Shown in pieces: positions 1 through 64,000 of a stretch of DNA of 64,000 nucleotides. This DNA comes from Octopus vulgaris (Eukaryota), in NCBI GenBank assembly GCA_951406725.2, contig OX597815.1, forward strand, positions 183,644,001 to 183,708,000. Direction: 5' to 3'. The position numbers and the translations under genes are program-made. Under the pieces are notes generated by a model. That model was not told where the DNA came from and did not search any database. It saw only the letters and a program-made list of their open reading frames with translations. Positions within the stretch are counted from its first letter, which is position 1; each line of letters opens with the position of its first letter.

Positions 1-126
1 CCTTCAAAGGTAATAATTATTAAAATTATAAACTAGGGTATCTATAAATTAGGGTATCTCCGTGTTGATATATGGACAATTAAGGTGGCTATTTTCAGCA
101 TGGTGGTATCTCGTAGATACCCTAAT

Positions 127-198
<72 letters not shown>

Positions 199-1577
199 TG
201 GTGACTCCGGCACTCGGGCTGTTCGTAGTTAGTCCGAGAATAAATTTAGTAAAGAGGTCGCTCGGGTTCATCACAGATTTCGCATAAGGTACATGCTTGC
301 GCTAAGAATTTCACGTTTTTCCTCAATATTTCTAGCCCCAAATGTCTTACTTTCTATATCTAGCGCTGTGCGTTTCACCATTTCTAAATCAAGGGTAAAA
401 ATAAAGCAGCCCTGCAAAACACAACTGATCTTTACACACAGATGCACAGAATAACAGTAATCAAATAACGACAGCCTAGTACACAACAAACATCAGCGAT
501 CTGACTGTCACCTGAACTCTTGACAAGAGTTACCAGTTAATCTTTTACATCTATCAGGCTCGTTCGTACTAACCTGAGTTGCTGGAATATTATAGAACGG
601 AAACTTTTCATAGATTGGAATTTAAATCCTAATCTCTAAGAAAACATTGAATTTGAATTACTCGGACTGTAACTTCTGGGCCCGAGTCAGGCGCGTGTGA
701 ACGATGTCGAGAGAACGTCTGCTACGAATGGTATTTTTTGACACAGTGCGCCTCTAAGACGACCGCCAAATGTTGAACGAAAATAAATGAACTGCGATCA
801 GGCTCAATAGAAGGAGCCCGAGTTATTGGCTGCAATTACATACTTGAAGCCAGCGTTGGCAGAAATTAAATCAGTAAAAACACGTTCACTTTACTAAATG
901 TAGCAGAAGAGAGAAGTATGTGGGGGTTCTTTTGAATTCAGTACAGTCAACTCATTGAAATTTCATTACAAAATATTTTTCTTTTTCCTTTTTCCATTGT
1001 ATATATGTCAACATATTTGTAGATAAACACATTTTCCCTTAAGGGTTGGTGACCTTTTAAAGGTGTCAATTTTAGGAAGTAGGATGGAAGAAATAAGAAA
1101 AGGTGGGAGGTTGCGGTCATCACCGAAAAATAAAAAAAAAGAGTTCAAAGTTCAAAGCCCTATGAAAAGGTTTATTCTTTTACACTGTGTAGGCCAAGTC
1201 TTTAATTCTGTGCAATTCTGTTTCGCATGAACAAATTAATATTTAATGTCTGTTCATGCGAAACATACTTTCAATGAGTTGACCGCACTGAATTGAGAAG
1301 AACCTCCCCCATCTCTCTCTCTCTCTATCCTCTCCCAATCTTTATTTTTTTCTCTTCTTTCTTGATTGTCCTGAAGCCTCTCCCTCTATCTATCCACCCC
1401 ACGCTTTGCTTTTCTTTCTTTTTTCCATATATATGTGAGAGGTATTATTATCCAGAAGACCCAAGGTGGCAGTGCTATGGAAGGACCGTAGTTAAACTCT
1501 CGATTCCATAATGATTACGAGTGAGGAGTCTAATGTGGGTCTTGTATGAGCGCGAGCGCGTGTGTACATATACGTAC

Positions 1578-1633
<56 letters not shown>

Positions 1634-1675
1634 ATATATATATATGTATATATATGTATATATATGTATATATAT

Positions 1676-1982
1676 GGAGGCGCAATGGCCTAGTGGTTAG
1701 GGCAGCGGACTCGCTGTCGTAGGATCGCGGTTTCGATTCCCACACCGGGCGTTGTGCGTGTTTATTGAGCGAAAACACCTAAAGCTCCACGAGGCTCCGG
1801 CAGGGTGGTGGTGGCGATCCCTGCTGTACTCTTTCGCCACAACTTTCTCTCACTCTTTCTTCTGTTGGCCTGCTCGCTTAGCCAGCGGGGTGGCGTCATT
1901 TGAAGGCTAAAACAATGCGAGGCGCATTGTGACCAGTGATTTGTAACAATATCTGATAGCCTGGTCGGTCACGGTGATCACG

Positions 1983-1986
<4 letters not shown>
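1676..1986 (+). mobile_element. tRNA-derived SINE (third family) inserted in (TA)n
   Basis: tggcctagtggttag A-box, gtttcgattcc B-box, short tandem tail. Confidence 0.8.
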
Positions 1987-2028
<42 letters not shown>

Positions 2029-2029
<1 letters not shown>

Positions 2030-2335
2030 TGTGGAATTTCGTTTTACGAACACTTCTCATCACGATTAAATCGGTTTACGAACAATTTTTCCTCTCGGGT
2101 GACGAAGGGTATTTCGAATAACGAACAGCCAAGCTTGCAACAGCAGTTGGCGACAAGCTAGGGGTATAGGCAGGGGAGCGTCAGTTGCTATCTAGCTTTC
2201 ATTCAGTTTCTATTCCAGCTGGAATTCGCCGTGCCCTGTCTTGAATTTCCTATGAAAATTAGTTTCGGTTTATAAAAATATCGGGTGACGACGGGGTTCA
2301 GGAACGAATTAAATTCATAAAACGAGGTTTCACTG
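2029..2335. mobile_element. Tigger/pogo-like MITE
   Basis: Imperfect TIRs gtggaatttcgttttacgaa / ttcataaaacgaggtttcac. Confidence 0.6.
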
Positions 2336-2441
2336 TGTGTATATATAAATTCACTATTTTTGACACTTGAAATTAAAATCATTAAAATTTTCTGCACGAA
2401 AAACAGTATAAATAATATGAAATGGTTGCGTATTTTCATAC

Positions 2442-56300
<53,859 letters not shown>

Positions 56301-56739
56301 TGTAGTGACCGCACACCTTTCCCCTTTTCAAAATGGTCAGAACTGGTTCACACAGACACACGTGGCGGTTCTTCTAATTCACTGAAGCTCGAGATAAAAT
56401 GCTCTCGATTTACAAAAGCGTGCGTCTTTTAAATGTCGGCTGTGCGGAATCTGTCATTGATATAACCGGAGTTTGTTTGTTCGCTGCATGACTGCCGATG
56501 TTCGATAATCAATTTTATTCGAATTCTTAAATCAATTAGTTTTAGTTAATCCAGCTTTGAGAGAAAGAATAAGAGCGTGGGGCTGGGGGGTGGTGGTGAC
56601 CGAGTGTCGGTGGAAAGAATGGTTTATTGTTTTTTTATTAATTTTATTTTCCAGACAACAGCTGACATAATTATATTCGAGAGGTTTCCAGTGGACTGAT
56701 GACGTCTTCGTTGTGGTTGTAATTATCATCAAGGTCGAT

Positions 56740-56902
56740 ATGATGATGATGATGATGATGATGATCATCATCATCATCATCATCACCATCATCATCATCG
56801 CAATAATCTACCATCACGTTCATCATCCTCATCATCATCATCACTATGGTCATTTTTGATCACCGCGTAATTAGCACCATATCGTCATCATCAGCATCAT
56901 CA

Positions 56903-56950
<48 letters not shown>

Positions 56951-57033
56951 ATCAACACCGGCACCAATACCATCGTCGAAATCATCATCATCATCATCAT
57001 CATATCATCACCGGCACCATTGCCTCCGCTACC

Positions 57034-57065
<32 letters not shown>

Positions 57066-57432
57066 CAACAGCAACAACAATACCATCGTCGTCATCATCA
57101 TCATTATCATTATCATTTCCACCGCCGCTGCTGCTGCTATAAACACAACCGCCAGCACCACCAGCCCCAGCACCACCACCACCACCACCAGCCCAGCACC
57201 ACCACCACCACCAGCCCCAGCACTACGAGCACCAGCACCACCAGAACCACAACCATCATCATCATCATCATCACCATGTTATTGTTGTTGTGGATAGTAC
57301 CTACGTAAGTTTGTATTGTTGTTGTGAGAATTGTTGTTGTTGTTAGTATTGTTGTTGTTGTTAGTATTGTTGTTGTTGTTAGTATTGTTGTTGTTGTTGT
57401 TAGTATTGTTGTTGTTGTTAGTATTGTTGTTA
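56740..57432. repeat. Compound trinucleotide microsatellite block (GAT/CAT/CAC/CAA/GTT) upstream of the gene start
   Basis: Directly visible. Confidence 0.95.
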
Positions 57433-58060
57433 TGTGGTGTTGTTCAGTTTTAATGAAATGTCAGAGTGTTACAATATTTAAAAACAATAATTTAATTAAA
57501 CGGACTTTTCTGTTTTTAAATTGAATTATCAGTAGGGCATAATTGTTTTTACTCCTTTGCTTCTCACAAAGTTACAATTTAATTAAAATATGGAATCCTG
57601 AAAGTGTGAAACAACTACTAAAATATTTTCTGAGCAAAAATTCTTAACTATTATTAGAATACGTTCATATAGGCGCAGGCGCGGCTGTGTGGTAAGAAGC
57701 TTGTTTCCGAAGCACTTGGTTATAGGTTTAGTTCCACTGCGAGGCACTTTGGTCATGTGCCTTCTATTATAGTCACGGGCCGATCAAATACCTTGTGCGT
57801 GGATTTGGTAGACGGAAACTGAAAGAAGCCCGTCGTGTGTTTAATATATATATACTTGGAAGAGGATGCGTGGCGTTCAGTCATATAATAATATAAATAA
57901 TATATGTATATATATATTGTATGTATGTATATATACGTATATGTACATACTTACATCTATACGTATATACATATATATATACGTATATACATATATATAT
58001 ATATATATATATACACGTATATGTACATACTTACATATATGTGTATATATATATATATAT

Positions 58061-59257
58061 AGATAAGAAAGTTTGTTTGGTAAAGCACGTGGGTGAATAT
58101 ATAAGAAAATAGTAAAGAGTGAAAAAAACGACAGAAGGCTTAAATGTTAAAAAAAATATATATTTGCGTCAAAATGTCTGGAGAATATTGGAAAATTTTT
58201 TTCTTTCCTTAAAATGACATAATTTTATAATTTTTAAAGAAATACCGGTTTCGCAGTTAGCTCTTCAAATTTCTTGTGACTTAATGTTTATTTTTAATAA
58301 CGTAATCCTTGTATTTTTGCTAAGGAGAGTTCTAAATAAGGGAAAGTAGTGAGTGATTTCTTCCGGTGTAAGGGAGACAATCGCTTAAAAATTTTTTTTC
58401 CTTTAGTGTGAATTTCTCTGTATTATTGAGTTCGGATAGTTGAGTCTGGGTTTGTACTTTTCAATGAAGAATGTTTCCTTATTTAGTCTAATTTGTGATG
58501 ATGATCCGAAAGCACATTGGTAAAATGGAAAGATTAAAAATTGTGGTTGTAGTTGCTTTGCGCATTTCTCAATGTGTTCACTAAAAGGTATCATTCTATA
58601 TTCTGGGAATGCAATCTGTTGTCGATGCAGTGTGCATCTACGTCTGAGTGATAGTCCCGTGGACCCCACGTAGTCTTGGTGGCAGCCCGAGCATTTAATG
58701 ACATAAATTATGTTTTCAGACGTAGATGCACACTGCATCGACAACAGATTGCATTCCCAGAATATAGAATGATACCTTTTAGTGAACACATTGAGAAATG
58801 CGCAAAGCAACTACAACCACAATTTTTAATCTTTCCATTTTACCAATGTGCTTTCGGATCATCATCACAAATTAGACTAAATAAGGAAACATTCTTCATT
58901 GAAAAGTACAAACCCAGACTCAACTATCCGAACTCAATAATACAGAGAAATTCACACTAAAGAAAAAAAATTTTTAAGCGATTGTCTCCCTTACACCGGA
59001 AGAAATCACTCACTACTTTCCCTTATTTAGAACTCTCCTTAGCAAAAATACAAGGATTACGTTATTAAAAATAAACATTAAGTCACAAGAAATTTGAAGA
59101 GCTAACTGCGAAACCGGTATTTCTTTAAAAATTATAAAATTATGTCATTTTAAGGAAAGGAAAAAAATTTTTCCAATATTCTCCAGACATTTTGACGCAA
59201 ATATATATATTTTTTAACATTTAAGCCTTCTGTCGTTTTTTCACTCTTTACTATTTT

Positions 59258-59266
<9 letters not shown>
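58061..59266 (-). mobile_element. 5'-truncated Penelope-like element with inverted terminal repeat (GIY-YIG C-terminus and 3' UTR)
   Basis: Arms about 58097-58647 and 58716-59266, 68-nt spacer; ORF NIIYVIKCSGCHQDYVGST is homologous to the 37.9 kb endonuclease. Confidence 0.92.
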
Positions 59267-59317
<51 letters not shown>

Positions 59318-59337
59318 CATATGTATATATATAAAAA

Positions 59338-59368
<31 letters not shown>

Positions 59369-59498
59369 TATATACGTATATGTACATACTTACATCTATA
59401 TATATATATATATATATATATAATTATATATGTATATATATATAAAAATATATATATATACATATATATATATATACGTATATGTACATACTTACATC

Positions 59499-59538
<40 letters not shown>

Positions 59539-59956
59539 TATGTGGGCTAAAAAGTACGAAGCACGAGTTCATGGAACATGAACTATTCTTTTGAACAACA
59601 AAAGACACAAAAATGACCCTTCATCATATGTCGCTCTTTATGTTGTTTGTTTTGTTTTCCATTTGTGTCTTTCGTTGTTCGAAAAATAGTTCATGTTCCG
59701 TGTACTCGTGCTTCGCACGTTTTTGTTGTACACATTTCCTGACGTCCTGTGGCCTATGTTTGCGTGTCGGGGTTTGTCCTCCCACCATCGCTTGACAACC
59801 AAAGTTAGTGTGTTTACGTCCTCGCACTTAGCGGTTCGGCAAAAACGTCGATAGATTAAGTGCTAGGTTTACAAAGAATAAATTCTGGGGTCGATTTTCT
59901 CGACTTCAGCATGGCCGCAGTCAAATGACTGAAACAAGTAAAATAATAAAAGAATA

Positions 59957-60333
59957 AACAAGAGCACTCAGAGAGCGCAAACCTCTGCCAAGACAACACC
60001 AACGTCCTCTCAACGATTAGCCGGAGATGGTTTTTAAAATGAGAATATTTGAAATAAACTCAACTGCTCTCACAAATGAGAATACTAAAAAATAAAAATG
60101 AACGCGACCGTTCTCAAAAGTTAAGTAAAAAAGAGAAAAAAAAACGGAAAAATAATCCTGGGTCCTTGACTGGGACTGGATCGATCCCGAAATCTAATCA
60201 GTTCGTGCCAGTCATAAGGCCAAACATCTCTGAAAGTTTCATCCGAATCTATCCAGCGGTTCTTGAGATATCTTGTCCACGGACAAACAAACAGACACGA
60301 CTGAAAAACAATACCTCCGTCTACGCTAAGGCG

Positions 60334-60406
<73 letters not shown>

Positions 60407-60760
60407 GATTACTGAGAGAGCGCAAGCCTCCGCCAAGACAACACTAGCGTCCTCTAAACGATTAGCCAGAGATGATCTTTAAAATGGGAATATCTGAAAT
60501 AAACTCGACTCCTCTCACAAACGAGAATACTAAAGACGAACCCGGCCACTCTCTAAAATTAAGTAAGCCCCCCCCCAAAAAAAACGGAAAAATAATCCAG
60601 AACCCTTGTCTGGTACCGGGTCGATCCCAAAATCTAATCAGTTCGTGCCAGTCATAAGGCTAAACATCTCTGAAAGTTTCATCTGAATCCATGCAGCGGT
60701 TCTCGAGATATCTTGTCCATGGGCAAACAAACACAACTGTAAAACAATACCTCCGCCTTA
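59957..60760 (+). mobile_element. Two head-to-tail DINE-1/HINE-like (Helentron-associated) elements separated by (TAA)n
   Basis: Each starts aacaag...gagagcgcaa.cctc.gccaag; the first ends in a ctccg...cggag hairpin; copies are colinear. Confidence 0.6.
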
Positions 60761-60979
60761 CCGAATAAACTACAACTGACGATGTGCTTCTCCTTTTAAC
60801 CGATTCAGTACAGTTACACAACGAAGCATAATAAATTGTCTCTATATATGGTATAAAACAATCTTTTATCTTTTATCTTTTGTATCAGTCATCAGATTAC
60901 GGCCAGGCTGGGGCACCGCCTCGGAGAATTTATGTCAAATGAATCGACTCCAGTACTTACTGGTTTTAAAGCCAGCTAC

Positions 60980-61454
60980 TTTGAAACAATTACTACAGGT
61001 CTGGTTCCGTGGTAAGAAGTTTGCTTCCCATCTACGTGGTTCCGAGTTCAGTTCCACTGCGTGGTACCTTGGGCAAGTGTCTATAGCATCGGGCCAGCCA
61101 AAGCTTTGTGAGTGGATTTGGTAGACGGAAACTGAAAGAAGCCCGGTTCTGTCGGTTTCAATTGCCAAACCGTTAATTTACGGGGGACGTAAATACACCA
61201 ACACCGGTTGTAAAGCGGTGGTGGGGACAAACACAAAGACACATACACACAAGCACACAGACACAGACACACGCATACATATATTATAAGGGCTTCTTTC
61301 AGTTTCCGTCTACCAAATCCACTCACAAAGCTTTGATTGGCCCGATGCTATAGACACTTGCCCAAGGTACCACGCAGTGGGACTGAATCCGGAACCACGT
61401 GGATGGGAAGCAAACCTCTTACCACGGAACCAGACCTGTAGTAATTGTTTCAAA
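60980..61454. repeat. Local inverted duplication, 165-bp arms and 145-bp spacer
   Basis: 60980-61144 is the reverse complement of 61290-61454, including the non-SINE flank. Confidence 0.88.
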
Positions 61455-61463
61455 ATTTGTTTA

Positions 61464-62560
<1,097 letters not shown>

Positions 62561-62994
62561 TGTATATGTCTAGATACGCAAGTATATGCATAAGACATAC
62601 ATAAGACAAAACATTTAAATTTGCACGTATACATTCATACATACATACATGCACAGACACCCTGTTGTTGATGTTGAAATCCAATGAAGGTGCTTTGGAT
62701 CTAGGTTAGAGACCGGCTATTTCTCTATTTGCAAGAACTCTTGAAATATAATTGAATAATGGCATACTAAGTATAAACTGACTCTTATTCTGTGACGCGG
62801 CTTCTACAGCACACTCCACTTTCACAAATTCCATTTTCTAATATCCGAGTCTCTAATCACCCTTATTCTTCTCAAGTATCAGCTCTTATTCTTTAAATGT
62901 AATATTAAACCTACACGAGTCAGGAGTTTCCCAGCCTGGCACTTCAATGAGCTCCCGATCACTAGTCTCTTCATCTCCTATAAAAATGTTGTAC

Positions 62995-63990
62995 TATGAG
63001 GGTGCGCTGAAAGATTCATAGGCTGACTACGAAGGAGTGAGGCTCGAGCTGTGAAATCTTGGATGCGTTAATTTCAACACTTCCTATTAATAACTCTATT
63101 GTTTCTTTCTAGGTAAACTGACAGATGACTGTTCAAAGAAGACTTCAAATATAACTAGTAGCAACATCAAATAAGCCATCATTATCTCTGCGATACTGGT
63201 TCCCAGCCAAGTGTTGTTTCATGTTGGTGAACATATGATAGTCAGATGGGGTCAAATCAGAAGAATAGGGAGAAAATCAACGAGTTAAAAACCACAGTGG
63301 CTCACAACAGCAATTGAAACCAAAGACTTGTTTGCTGGAACATCGTTCTGATGAAAAAAGACCCCTTTCATCAGTTTTTTCGGGCGTTTAATCTTGATAG
63401 CCTTTCGTAACTGCTTCATCAAGTTGACATAGTACTCTCTATTGATGATGTAGCTCTTTTCAAGATGGTCAATAAGCACAATGCATTTTACGTCCCAAAA
63501 GACTGAAGCCATCACCTTCCCTACAGATGAAACTACTCCCGTCTTCTTTGGAGCAGATAAGGATGAGCGTTTCCATTGCATAGGTTATCTCTTTGTCTCT
63601 GGCTCAAAATGATGAAGCCAACAGTCATCTTGGATTAGGAAACATTCAAGGAAGTCATCCAACCTTCGTAGATCCCCCCCCTACTGATCAAACACATTGT
63701 CTATTTTTTTTTACTACCCACAAGGGGTACAAACACAGAGAGGACAAACAAGGACAGACAAACGGATTAAGTCGATTATATCGACTCCAGTGCGTAGCTG
63801 GTACTTATTGAATCGACCCCGAAAGGATGAAAGGCAAAGTCGACCTCGGCGGAATTTGAACTCAGAACGTAACGGCAGACGAAATACGGCTACGCATTTC
63901 GCCCGGCGTGCTAACGTTTCGCCAGCTCGCCACCTTTGTCAGCACATCTTCCAGTCCAAGATTCTGCATAGTTTAGAATCTTATTCCGTG
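62995..63990 (-). mobile_element. Decayed mariner (Tc1/mariner) transposon, interrupted by a SINE
   Basis: GKVMASVFWD, FHQND and YSSDLTPSDY motifs; TIR-like tatgagggtgcgctgaaag at 62995. Confidence 0.85.
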
Positions 63991-64000
63991 CAATATACGT

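Noticed and set aside
1676-1750. tRNA-like sequences at SINE heads
   Set aside because: No complete cloverleaf; they continue into SINE bodies.
56532-57524. ORFs with poly-D/H/M/V/T tracts
   Set aside because: Translations of trinucleotide microsatellites; no splice or domain support.

Overview
AT-rich, microsatellite- and repeat-dense animal genomic DNA. The SINE families suggest an octopus or other coleoid cephalopod (inference). One protein-coding gene dominates, on the minus strand. I traced 25 phase-compatible GT-AG coding exons by eye, from ATG at 56300 down to 2442 (4000 nt, about 1333 codons); the gene runs off the left edge. It encodes a secreted SCO-spondin/hemocytin/gel-mucin-like protein: signal peptide, EMI-like, EGF, TB-like, then D1-D2-D'-D3 assemblies (VWD, C8, TIL). 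Introns and flanks hold tRNA-derived SINEs, CR1-, RTE- and R4/Dong-like LINE fragments, Penelope-like elements (PLEs), a mariner relic, MITEs, DINE-1/HINE-like elements and a 5S pseudogene. The most notable signal is a set of hammerhead ribozyme (HHR) motifs in three contexts. First, a tandem, circularly permuted repeat family of about 351-357 nt carrying a type I HHR, resembling non-LTR retrozymes (21.3 kb and 50.3 kb). Second, a palindromic TA-embedded element whose HHR core has the C3-G8 pair swapped to G3-C8 (17.2 kb and 34.0 kb). Third, minimal HHRs at PLE ends. All structures were read by eye; nothing was computed or searched.
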